The notes under the pieces were generated by a model. That model saw nothing but the letters and a program-made list of their open reading frames with translations. It had not been told where the DNA came from and made no database searches. The position numbers and the translations under genes are program-made. Below are positions 13,426-26,470 of a DNA stretch of 64,000 bases, piece after piece. How positions within the stretch are numbered: the first letter of the stretch is position 1; each line of letters opens with the position of its first letter. Source of the stretch: Geosiphon pyriformis uo1 (Eukaryota > Fungi > Glomeromycota); NCBI GenBank assembly GCA_016748015.1, contig JAAOMT010000617.1, forward strand, positions 752,635 through 816,634, read 5' to 3'.

Positions 13426-16400
13426 CATTTTAACTTCTAGTAAATAAGCTGCTATCTTTTCAACTACTTTTATAATACTTAAATTTTTAGTAAACTATTA
13501 GTATAAACATTTATTGTCTTTGTTTACAATTTATATAAATGTTTTTTAATATTCACAAAGTTTTTTAAATTAAAAAAACCTAAACAGCCAGAACTAAAAG
13601 CAATCTTATCAGTGTTAACAAAAAGATTATTTATATATGCTGATGCTTTTTCGAATTATATTGGCACCAAACTCCTAGAAATTAATTTTTTCTAATAATA
13701 AAAAGTCTTTTAATTCATAATTAATTCATATTTGTTTAACAATCTGTTCTCAAAGACCATGTCAAAATGTTTTAATAAATCTATTATCTTAAAATAATGA
13801 AAATTATCCAAAATTTTGAACATTAAATAGCAGTCAGAATTTCAGAATGTATTAGACAAATTATTAATAAAAGAAATCTTAGTATTCAAAAAAATTTTTA
13901 CTACACTTATTAAAAAATTATTCATAGAGCTGATTTTTAATTTGGCTAGAAATTGCAATAAGTTTATAAAAGTCCAATCTAAAATCTGTAAATCCAAAAA
14001 CTGGTGCTTAAACAACTGGCCAAAAATCTTTGTTGCATTAGCAAAACTGATTACTAAAGCTATTTTTGCTTTTATTTGCCTGTTCAAAAGATTTTAATCC
14101 ATATAAAAATAAATAATACAAAGTTTTACTAAAAAAATCCCTTAACAAATTGGTCTTAAGTCTAAGTTTCTTTCTTATTATAATATTTTATTTTTGACAC
14201 ATGTTTTTAAACACAACTTTTTTCTTTGTTTACTTTTTTATAATTTTATCAATCTTACTCTTTATCTTATCTGATTCCAAAACCAATTTTTTTTAACCAC
14301 TAAGTAATTTAAAATAACTTTGCAAAAAGATTACTTCAAAATACTTCTAATTATCTGTCTTTTGTTTGAGCAAAAATTTTTTTTATGCTGCTTAATTATT
14401 TTTTTAATAAATGTATTCTTAGTTGCCTTAAACATATAGTATTTAGATTTTTTATATTCTTTTTTAACTGTTGACAAATATTTAGTAATATTTATTATAT
14501 TTATATTATTTTAAACTATTTTAGTAAACTTAAAAGTCTTTATATCATTAATAATTAACCAAATCTTAACAAAGTAATTAAATTTAGATATATTTCTTAA
14601 GCTCAAACTTTTTACAGTCTTAGTAACAAGCAGTTTTAACTTGAAAAACTTTGAATATTATCTGTTTTTTAAACAATCAAATTCACTATACTAATATTTA
14701 AAAAAAAATTTTTGTCAAATTTTCAGAATTTTTAGCATTTTTGAACTCATTACTTACTGCTAATAACTTTTTAAAGAAGCACTTTTCAAAATATACTTAT
14801 TTGATTTTATTTGTATTTTTTATTTTAAACTTTTAGTAATTTTTATTAACTTGTTTGCATATATTATTTAAGCAAACATTCAGAAAGCCATTATTATAAA
14901 TAATTATTTAGAATGTTAAAACAAATAACAAATCTGTAACTTAATGCTTAATAGTAGTTAATAATAGTATTTTCTGAAGATTTTTGGAGTTTAAAAGTTT
15001 TGGTTAAGTCTTTTGTATAATAAACAAAGATTTAATTAATAGTTTTCTTTAATTTCTGTCTTTAGCATAATAATTGGTTTATTTTAGTAGTTGTGCTTTT
15101 TTGGTAAGCTATTCTAAAGTTTTTTTATCTTTATTTTACAGATTTTTTATTAGACTACTCTTAATATTAATTATTTAATGTTTAATTTTTTTAATTAATT
15201 AATAAACAACAAAAAAACAAGACAAAAAAAAATAAAAAATTGGTATTTTGTCTATAGTTATAATCAAAAGCTATTGGTTCAGTATAGTTAACTATTAAAT
15301 TCTATTAACATAGATTGTTAATAATAAGAAAATAATTAATATTTTTTAATTAAGTAATATAAACATAGATTTAAATAGTAATAGATATTTTTATTGATAT
15401 AAGTATGATTTTACTTTAAGTTATAGAAAACTATTTTTTAAAGAGAGAAGTATTAGATAATTACTTATTACTAGCTACTATTCTGTTTTTTAATTTTGTT
15501 TTTAATATTTTTGCTATATATACATAATTCGTGTTATATAAGATTCCTTAAAATTCTTAAATTTTTCTAAAAAAAATTCTGAAATTCTGAAATCTTGTAA
15601 TTCTTTAAGAAAAATCTTGGAATTTTTTTTTATTACACTTTTTTTTTATTGGCTATTTTCTACTTATTATGATTCTTATTTTTATGAGTAATAATATATT
15701 TTTTTTAATATTAAGTTCTATCAAAATTTTCCAAATTTTTTAACTTTCCTAAATCTCTTTCTTGAATTAATTTTATTACTTTTTTTTAAAATTACTTGAA
15801 CAATTTTGGTCTGTAATTTTTTAAATTGAGTATTGATAATTTTTTCCAATTAATTAATGATTATAGTATTTATTATTAAGTATAGTAGTATTTTTAAATG
15901 GTCTTAGAATTCTCCTTGTAATTGATATATTGCTTGTACTTGTGTAAATAAATTGTTTTTTCTCACAAATTGTTTTATTTGTTGTAATATTGTTGTGTTA
16001 AATATCTGTCTTGTTTTATTAATATAGAAATTCTGAATATTAAGTTTTTGTTCCAAGTAGTAATAGCAAAAGTTTTTAAAAAATTGTTGTGTTCACTATT
16101 TTCAATTTTTTTTTGTTAACTTCTTATATGGTATTATTGTCTTTGGTAATTTTAATAACATTTTTACTTTTGCTATTATATTTTTTATTATGGTTTTAGA
16201 TTTTGCACATATCCTATATTGTATTTTATATTGGAGTTTTGGTTTTTTTTTTGTGTTTTTATATTAAATGGTTTGTTGATTAATTGTAATTTCCATGTTC
16301 AGTTTTTAATATTTGATAAATTAGAATAATTGTTAAGCTAAAAAATGAATATTGTTTGTAATTTTTATCTTTTTTGTTGTTTTTGTTGTATGTATTAGTT

Positions 16401-19400
16401 CTTTACATATTGTTTTAATAGATCAATTTAATATGTTGGTGATAATAATTATGATTGATTCTAGATTCTATTGAATCTTATTTGGTTAAACTAATATTTA
16501 TTGTACTTTCAATTATAGAATATTATTGGTAAATAATAATGCTATATTGTAATATAATTTCAGTTAGTTATTATATGCTGTTTTAGCTAAAATTTGATTG
16601 TTTTATCTTAATTTATATGCTCTATTTCTTAGCATTTTTTTAATGTCAAATAAAATATTCTATTTGGGATTAAACTTTCTATTCCATTGTTTTTTTTACT
16701 TTGATATAATATAAGAATACTTTGTTTCCAATTCTGAATTTGGCTGGTTTATCTGATAACTGGTTATTATGTTGTTTTTTTGGTTTTTTTTGTGACTTTT
16801 ATATGTTATCAGCTGTTTTTTGTCTTTTGTTCTCTAAAGTTTTTATTAAGTTATATGTTCTTTTTAGTAATGTTTTTTAAAAGTTGACTTTTGTTATTGG
16901 TTTAATTAGATATATGTTAAGTTTTATCTTAACTAGTAATATTATAATTTATTATAAACTAGTTCAAATAGTATTGTTTGTATAATATTTTGCTTTATTA
17001 TCTAGTAAGCAAATAATACTAATGATATAAACAAATTTTATTTGTCTTGGTTTTTTTGGTTAAGCTTAGCTATTGCTTTACATAATGTTTTGTTAAATCT
17101 TTTAATTAAGCCATTTGTTTGTAAATAATATAGTAATAATAATAGTTTTTTAACTTCAAGTTTTTAACTTAATTTTGTTAATATTCTGTTTACAAAATAA
17201 GTTTTTTGGTTTAATAACAATTTTCTTAGACATATATGTTAGCAAATCAAATCTTGGTATATAAATTTGGCTACAGATTCTGTATTTGTTTTTTAAATTG
17301 CTTTAACTTTGTTATTTTGTGAGATAATTTATAACTACTATTATGTATTAATTGTTTTTGTTAATTATAGTTAATAATTAACTAAGTTAATTTCAATTTA
17401 ATTAAATGGTTGTCTTATTTTAATTGGTTTTAGTAGTTTATTGAGTCTTGTTTCTCTTTTTCTTTGGCAAGCATTATAATTTTGAATATATTAAATGATA
17501 TCTGGATATATTAATAGTCAATAGTATCTTTTTTTGGTTTTTTTCATAATTGCTTTTTTATAAAAATGTTCTACAGTTAGATTTGAGTATATATTAAACA
17601 GTATTGTTTTTTTTTCTGGTTTTGTGATTACTTTGAGTGGTTGGTCTGAATTTTTTGTTTTTTCAATATAGTATATTTTAGTAAATAATAAAATATTTTA
17701 ATTGTTGTTTTATGTGGTTTTGTTTTTTTTAAGATAATTTTTCTTTGAACTGTTAAGTATTAATATAATATTGAAGTTTTTAGTATTTTTGTGTATTCAT
17801 TTTTTGTTATATTTTTGGATTGAAATATTTTTGGATTTGTTTTATTATAATAAACTATCAGCATTTTTATTTTTTTTTCCTTTTTTTTAATATACTGTAT
17901 AATTAAATAATAAAAGCTCTATTTTTTATCTTGTATGGCAATTATTTCCAAATTTTTACTTTTGAATTGATGTCAATTCTTTGTAATTAGTATACACATC
18001 AAATTTTTAACCTAAGTATTTTTTTTATTTGATAACAGTTCAATAAATAACTAAATATTCTAGTGTTAAAGTTTTATAGCTTTTTTCAGCTGGACTCAAA
18101 CTTCAGTTAATATATGCTATTAAATGTTCTTATCTATTGGCTTTTTTTTATGATAGTATAATTCTTAATGCTTGACCAAATATATTAGTAATAATGATAA
18201 ATGGTTTGCTGTAATCTGAATAAATCAATATTGAAATTTAAATGAACTTTTTTGCAGTATGTTAAAAGCTTTTTGTTAATTTTTAATCTATTTATATTTA
18301 ATGTTTTTTGTTTAGAGCTGGTAGAATAGTTGAGCCAATTTGAAGAAGTTTTAGATAAAGTAATAGTAATATTTAGCAAATTCTAAAAATGCTCTTAGTT
18401 TTGTTAAGTTTATTGGTATTAAAAAGTTTTTAATTATTTTGATTTTGTTTTGCTTACAATATGTTTTAAAAACTTGAGTTTAGTTTTTTCAAAGAAACAC
18501 TTAGTGGTATTTAACTTTAGCTCTATTTTTTTAATTTTTTAAATACTTGCTAAAAATAATAAAAGTGGTTATCAAATGTTTTGGAAAATACATTGGTATT
18601 ATCCAAGTAAATTATTATTAATTTCCATAATAGTTTAGTGTAGACAATTTCTATTAGCCATTAAAAGATAACTGGAATATTGGTTAAGCCAAAAGACATA
18701 ATATTAAATTTAAAGTTTTTTTCTTTTATGTGAATGTTGTCTTCTTTTTGTTAGCTGAATTTATGACTACTTACCAATAATTACTATTTAAGTTCAATGT
18801 TAAAACCTATTTTTTTCTTTTAAAAACATTAAATAGTTTTTAGATCTATAGAATAAGATAACTGTTTTTACAAATAACACTATTAAGTTTCTATAATCTA
18901 CACAAAAATGAATTTTTCAATTTTTTTTTTCAGATAAATACTATTGATAATGGCCATAGATTTATTAATAATTGAATTAACTTATTATTTAACATATGAT
19001 TAATTTCTTGATAAATAATCTCATAACTAATGAATAGTACTTGGTATGCTTGTTGCTTAATTGGCATTGTATCTTCAGTTTTGATCTGATGCTGAATGAT
19101 ATTAGTTCTGTTAAATTCATTTTTACTTCTAAAAATATTGGTAAAATTGTTGAGTAGCAACTTAAATTACATATATTGAAGTGAATCTAAGTTTTTTAAG
19201 TTTATTTGCTTTAATTGTTCTGATTATAGCAAATAATATTTTTCTTATTTATAAATAATTTGTAATGTAATATATACATATTTACAAAGTTGTAAAAAAT
19301 CTAGAATGGTAATTGGGACTTAATTTTTAACTTTAGTGCTTAAATATTTAATAATAATTCTGTTTGATATTTCTATTGGGTTTTTGGTTGTGTTGTATAT

Positions 19401-20100
19401 TGAAATTTTGATATGTTTATGGTTCTTAACTAGTATATAAAAATTAGTAATGGCAATCTTTTCTAATTTACAAATGGTAAAGTCAACTTCAAAAATCTGG
19501 AGTTAATCTTTTATTTGCTTCTTTATAGTTAATATATATTAATTATATAATAAAATAAAAATTGATTAATTAATAAAGATAATTTTTTTTGATCAATTGT
19601 TTCCTTTTTTATCATATTAACTGGTATCTGTATTTTATTCATGAATCCAAATTTATTTATTCTTTTTGCTGTGATTCCTAATTTTTTTTTTGTGCCTGTT
19701 AATACTAGTTAAGTTATTTTTACCAAAAACAAAAATATTGCTTGTGTTATCTTTTTATTTAATTCAATTATGTATGTTTTTTCTGATTTATTTTGTAGTA
19801 TTACAATAATATTTTTTATATATTCTGTATTAATTATTCTTTCTCTAATATTAATTCTCTTTTTTGCTAAATTAAATCTAAATATTAATTGAATTATTGT
19901 TATCAGAATTTTCAGTGCTAATTTTAAATCTATGTTAATGTACAAATAAAATTCCAATCTAATAGCAGTTTTTTCAAAATATCTGAGATCAAATCTTGTA
20001 TTAATATTGTTATGGTTAAAACTTATACTTTTTATTAATTATCACATGTATTAGCCACTGATGTCACATAAATTAGCCACTTTATTTTTAGAAAGTGATC

Positions 20101-20202
20101 ATTGACCTAATTAATAACCTGACCATTGACCTGATCAATGACCTAATTATTGACCTGATTATTGACCTAATCATTAATCTAGTCGTTGACCTGATTATTG
20201 AC
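20101..20202 (+). repeat. 12-bp tandem array (ATTGACCTGATC)n in U3 of family A LTRs; also at ~27190-27315, 33246-33371, 40330-40442, 11135-11260 and 6350-6465
   Basis: Read directly; 8-10 full units; followed by a TATA-like GCTATATAA. Confidence 0.9.
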
Positions 20203-20788
20203 TACTTTTGATAGCTATATAAGTGATGAATCTCTTAACTATAGAAAAACATGTCAAAAATCAAGAAAATAAAATAAATAAAATAACAACTTTCATCTCA
20301 ATCTTTCTCTTATCACTAATTTTCCCTTTTTCTGCCTTTAAGTATTTGAACATCTTGGAATAAAAGATCACTTGTTGGTTATTTCTTACTCTTTTTCTGA
20401 AACATGTAATTGCAGCATTTGAAAATTATTGAATAAAACGTGACTGAAGAGTACATCTAATATCTGATATTGAATTTTAAGAGCACTAATGTAAAGCATA
20501 GAATTATACTAGGCATAATCATTTGTTAACAGTATGAACTATCCCTTTATCTTTAGATTCTCCAGTTATCTTTAGAAAAGTACAGTGACTGAGATATTTT
20601 ATGAGATTAATCTTGCACATTGAATCTATACTCATTCAATTCACTCTTTAAAGTTGAATTCTCTTTGATTCCTTTCATCACTCTACAATCCTGTTCTCCC
20701 TTGTTATCTATTAGCTTGTTATTTCAATCTGTAATATAAAAGTGGTGCTCTCTGTGAGGTTGTCAAAATCCATTTTGTTTTCTATTGT

Positions 20789-22332
20789 ATAGATGATTAT
20801 TCATACCTGCCACAACAATCAGAAGAACACTTTAAAGCACACAACAAAAATGATCTAGACTTTATTAAACTCAATTCTTTGCTTTCCTGCTTAATTTGCT
20901 TTCTCATTAAAAAACAATTCAGCAGACAATTCCAAAACTTTTGGAACTGGTTCCTGAATGAGCATTCAGCTGAAATCTATAAAGCTTATACAACCTATTA
21001 CTTTGATTAAGCTTATTTTGAAGACAACTTTGAAGAAAAAAACAACAGTATAAATCAGTTCTTATATTCTACAACCTTTAAAAAACAGCCCCCTGATTTT
21101 GAATATTTAAATCATCAAATTCACATTTGGATTGCTGCCCATTAATTAACTGAAACTCCTCTTGAAACAAAAGAAGAAAGTTACCAAACTGCCCCTGTTT
21201 TTGACCTTTTATTAAGCAAATCAGACTTATTTATACAAACAGTTACCCCTGAACCAATGGCTAATGACCCCATCAAGCAAACATTTTGGCTGCTTTCCAA
21301 AGTATACAAATTGCTCTAGGAAGAAGAAACAATACCCCACTATCACTATTTAGAAGTAATACACAAGATCCAATTGAATGGTTAGATGATTTTGAGAGAG
21401 CTGCCACAGCCAATCAGTATGATAAAGAATACAAGTTCCAAATCATTGGTGGTTATCTCCAAGGCTCTCCTGCTACCTAGTTTTCACAAGAAACAGATGC
21501 CAATGCTCAACACTAAATAATCAGATGAACACCAACCAATGCTAAAAAAGAAAATACCTCTTTTACTACCTGGTTTAAGACCAAATTCAGAACCCCAATA
21601 TTAATATCCAAATGGCGCATGGAATTGGAAAGAACCCAAAGTCCTGAAAAAACTGAATATGCCAAAGCTATCAAAAAGCTAATCAAACATGTAGACTTTG
21701 AGAAAAACTGGACAGAAGAGCAAAAAATTCATTTCTTTATAAAAGTATTAAGAATTAATCTATTATATGCTCTTTGGCCTCTTTTGGCTTTAAAAAACAA
21801 CCCAACAATGGACATGGCTATTGAACTAGCACAAAGAATTGAAGATAACCAAAGAATGCATTTGGGATCCACACTTCCAGTTTTTGTTTCTGCTCCTGTC
21901 ATGGCTCTAGCTCTACAAATGGCTGCAACTTTTTTTGCCACTTATATTCAAAACTCCAATGAACAGTTAATAGACAAACTTACTGCTAATTTTGCTTGGC
22001 TATTAGAACCATTAGCCCAAGCAATCAAAGACAACTAACAACTCCAAAGACCCAGATTTGAACTCTGCTTCAATCAGCCCCAACAATTACCATATCAGAG
22101 ACAGCAAAATTGTGGCCCACCTGTGTACTATTACTGTAAACTAACTAGACACTTTTTCAAAGACTGCAACAATCCTCCATTGTCTCCTCCAGCTTCTAGA
22201 AATAATGACACCCAGAATAACAGATCCAACAATAATAATGTTCTCAATCAAAGACCCAATTATGCCAGCATTAATTTCTTTGGAGAGAATCCCTTAGTTG
22301 AAACCACTGTTTATTAGCCTTTAAACTGGTAG
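20789..22332 (+). pseudogene. gag: A1 gag (N-terminal extension, capsid, CCHC knuckle)
   Basis: QDPIEWLDDFERAATANQY capsid-like segment; knuckle YYYCKLTRHFFKDC (= CX2CX4HX4C after reverting transitions); in-frame stops. Confidence 0.85.
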
Positions 22333-22368
22333 GTGTACCTTCAAAGAGTAAGAGTGCAAGCCAACCAG
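22320..22368 (+). promoter_or_regulatory. Putative -1 programmed ribosomal frameshift signal (T TTA AAC + stem-loop) at the family A gag/pol junction; second copy at 35499
   Basis: Heptamer is in gag phase; a -1 shift enters the pol frame; the gag-frame stop is two codons later. Confidence 0.75.
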
Positions 22369-25053
22369 AAAAAAACTCCTTTTATGCTTTTAACCTAACT
22401 GATGATGATCATAACATGGATGAATTAGCAATCAACACTTCTGAATCAACAAAAAAGAAGAAAAAAACCAAGATTGATTTCGTTTTAGATTTAAAAAAAG
22501 CCTCCACATCAACTGCTGATAACAATGAGCCACCAAAGACTAAAGTTTTTAAAAATTTCCCAAAGTTGGAACCTCCAAAAATAGTACAAAAATTTGGCCC
22601 CTATTCTGTTGTTAAAGATCTCATGGAAACCCCTGCACACATTATATTTGGCCAATTGATAACCTATCCACAGTTCAGAAAAGATCTTCACAAATCATTG
22701 ATACCAAAGAAGAAAACACCAAAGACCAACAAATGCCTTTGCCAAGCTAGACTTGCTGATAACAGCAATGTCACCCTTCTGATTTATAAAGCCCAAGTGG
22801 CTGGTTATTTTATTGATCTGATTCTAGACAGTAGATTATCTGTTAGTGTAATTGCCAAACACTTTCTTGAAGCAATTGGCAGAAAGATTGATGAGCCTTT
22901 CATAAGACCAATGACCAATGTACATGGTGACAAGAAAAAAGGCCTGAGCATAGCCAAAGCTATTTCTGTTTGCATCAATAGTATCAGCATTGAAACTGAT
23001 ATGGAAGTATCTGAAGCAAAAAAGTACACTATAATTGTTGGCAATGAGTGGCTTAAGAAAGCCAAAACATTACTTGACTATGAACTTTGCAAGCTAACCA
23101 TCAGATGTGGTGAGAAATCCATTGTAATTAAATGCCATTATTGGACAACTCCTCCAGTAACCAAACAGAACTAAGAAGAAGAACAATCAAATGAATCAGA
23201 TGATAATGAGAGTAATAATAATAAAAATCAAAAAGAACAAGAAAAAACTGCTGAACTCATCTATACCATTTTCACCAGCAATGGCAAGCCACTAGACAAT
23301 GTTAAAGCTGACAAAAAAGAAATTATGATGAATGGCAAGCTGATTTGCTGGCCCTACTATGATATCCTCAGAAGAACCTTTAACAAAAAACCTGACAAGA
23401 AAGCAAAATACAGTTATTGATAGCATGGCCCTTGTGCATGGTGCTGGTGTAATAAACCTTTGTATTCACCAAGTGATGAATGCAAGTCCTGCCTAATCTA
23501 TTACAAAGATTAGGAACCAATTAGTTTGATACCCAAAGAAGAACTAAAAGAAGTACAAAAGTCCTTTAAGAGTAAACCACCTGAAATCTAATCACTAGTT
23601 GTAAAACAAAAAAAACCTTCCCTTAAAGAAAAAAAAGTGGACATTGAAAATCTGTTGGCTAAAAATAGCCCAGTTATTTCGAAAGAAGGTGACACTCCTG
23701 GACAAATCCATGTGATACAACACACTATTACCATCAAAAAAACTTGCCTTATCCATTTAAAGTCTTATCAATCCAATCAATGTAAAGATAAGTTTATCAA
23801 GAAAAAAATAAACTGGATAAAAGATCTTGGATTCATACAAAAAACCAAAAGTGAATGGGCTTTCCCAGTTGTAATGATATTCAAAAAAGGTAGAACCCTA
23901 CACTTCCAGTTGTAATGGTATTCAAAAAAGGTAGAACTCTACACTTTTGTGTTGACTACTACCAACTAAAGCCATCACTATAAGAGACATGCACTCACTT
24001 TCTAAAATTGATACAATGCTAGATAAATTTAATAATGCTGCTTTCTTCTCAACTATTGATTTAACTGCTGAATTCTGGCAAGTAAAGATGGATCCAGAAA
24101 GCAGAAAGAAAACTACCTTCATCACCAAATATGGCACCTATGAATTTACAGTCATGTCTTTTAGTCTCACCAATGCCCTTCTCACTTTTTAATGTTTAAT
24201 GGATAAAGTATTTGAATCAGTAAAAGAAAACTTTGTTCTGGTTTATCTGGATAACATAATAGTATATTCAAAAACCTGGGATGAACACTTTGAACATTTA
24301 CAGAAGGTTTTTGACCTGCTCAGAAATGCTGGTCTTAAGATCAACCCAATCAAATCTTTCTTTGGACACCAATTTACCCAGTTTTTTGGTCATCTTATTA
24401 CAAAAGATGGAATCTTTCCTGACCCAGCTAAAGTTGAAAAAGTTTAGAACATTAGACAACCAATAAATATTTCTGAACTATGCTTTTTTCTTGGTTTGAC
24501 CTTCTACTATCGCAAATTTATCAAAGATTTCTCCAAAATTGCCTTTCTTCTCAATTAGCTACTCAGAAAAAATGTCAATTATTACTGAGACACTCATCAA
24601 CAAAAAGCTTTTGAAATTCTGAAGGAAAAACTTGTTACTGAACCAATTCTCAAGCAACCTGATTTGGACCAACTTTTTATTCTTCACACTAATATATTTG
24701 ACTATAGACTTGGTGCTGTCTTTTCACAAAAAGATGAAAATAGCAGAGAACATGCCATAGCATATGCCAGTAGATCCCTTACACCAGCAGAAAAGAACTA
24801 TTCAGTTACTAAACAAGAATGTCTAGTAGTAGTTTGGGCTACTAGCTACTGGGATCAATATCTTCTTGGTGCAAAATTTTTAGTGGTAACAGATCATCAA
24901 GTCTTGGTTTAACTGCACAATAAAAAAAAGCTGGAACATAAACAAATAACTTACTAAATACTCCATTTGGATGAATTTGACTATAATATTCAATACTGCA
25001 AAGAAGCAAATTATTAAAACGCCAACACTCTTTCTAGATTTACTATCCAGTAA
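22320..25053 (+). pseudogene. pol: A1 pol: protease, Cys-rich insert, reverse transcriptase, RNase H
   Basis: LILDSR (DSG), TIDL..FWQV, YLDN (YLDD), IAYASRSL..E.NY, VTDHQ; ends N(A)(D)(A)LSRFTIQ then TAA TAA. Confidence 0.9.
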
Positions 25054-25117
25054 TAATACAACCTCTCAAACCAAACCAACTTAATTATTAGTAACTCCTT
25101 CACAAACAAACATGATA

Positions 25118-26430
25118 ATGGACTTAGACAACTACTCTGCCTTAATAGAATTTTTGGGTAAAGGACAATACTCATCAGAATACACTCAACAGCAAAAAGA
25201 ACATTTGTACAAACAATCAAATTTCTATTTAATTTATCAGAACCAGCTATATAAAAAAAATAAAAAAAATTCTGACTGCTCTCAAAAGTCATCAGATTTA
25301 AAGAAAAAAAAATTGTAATATATAACATGCATACTGATCCATTAGCTGAACACTTTGGAAAAACAAAAACAATTCAGAAAACCTTAGCTTACTATTATTG
25401 GCCTATCTTGGGAAAAGACATTGCTGAATATATTAAAACCAGTAATATCTGCCAAAGAAGAGGCAAACCCAATTGCAAAAAAGATATTCATTCAATCTCT
25501 GTTAGTCAACTATTTGACAGAATTGGTATAGATGTTATTGGACTTTTAACAATAACTCCTGATGGCAACAGATATATTATCACAGCTACTGACTATCTTA
25601 CAAAATGGGTAGAAGCAAGAGTCACTCCTGATCAAACAGCAGTCTTAATAGCCAATTTCATTTATGAAGATATCATTTGCTGTCATGGCTGCCCCAAAGA
25701 ACTTTTATCTGATAAAGGAAGAGCTTTTCTCAGTACAGTAGTTGAAAAACTTTGTAAAAAAATAGGAATACGTCATAAACTTTTCTCCTTTTATTACCCC
25801 TAAAAAAATGGCCTAGTGGAACATTTCAATAGAACACTATGTGAAACTCTAGCCAAAACCAGTGAAAAAACAAACTTATAGGACAAAGTACTGCCTTCAG
25901 CTTTGTTTGCTTATAGAACTGTGAAACATAACATAATAAGTTATGAACTTTTTTATCTGCTCTATAGATGCATGGCAACATTACTAATAGAAACTAACAT
26001 TGAAACAATATCCTTTGAAGAATTCACAATAGGAAATTACAAAAACATTTTGCAAAAAGACTTGGTACCATTCTTGACTCCTTGGTAAAAACACAAATAA
26101 TTGCTTTTAAAAAGATAAAACAGTTTCAAGAAAAGCTTAAAAGAAAGAAAACTTATAAAACACTTTTTTTAAGTATTGGTGACTTGGTACTAGAATACCG
26201 TTCTGATAAAAACAATGTTTATGGTGATAAATTCTTTAGCCAATGGAAAAGACCCTTTATAGTCAACAAAGTTTTGAACAATAATTCTTATATTCTTCAA
26301 GATCAATCCAGAACAATCTTTAATAATCATCTTGTTTATGGTACATGACTTAAGAAATATCATAAACGACCTGATTGGCTGCCTGTTGTAGTAATACCAA
26401 CTTAAATGATCAGCAAAAATCAAGTATAAA
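25118..26430 (+). pseudogene. A1 integrase (HHCC, DDE, GPF C-terminal module; no chromodomain)
   Basis: MDLDNYSAL.., HTDPLAEHFG..C, IGIDVIG, LLSDKG, NGLVE, WKRPF (WKGPF). Confidence 0.9.
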
Positions 26431-26470
26431 TAAATGCACCATTCCCCAAACAGAGATATTTTCAATTAAT

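Noticed and set aside
20101-20202. 12-bp array as a CRISPR or telomeric repeat
   Set aside because: No spacers or cas genes; it occurs at the same position inside every family A LTR.
22309-22347. 38-nt GT..AG intron fusing gag and pol in family A
   Set aside because: Its removal would restore frame in the inferred consensus, but it is very short, and a correctly phased slippery heptamer plus stem-loop explains the junction better. Not fully excluded.
26200-26430. Chromodomain at the integrase C-terminus
   Set aside because: Integrase ends shortly after the GPF module in both families; no Y.VKW.G-type motif.
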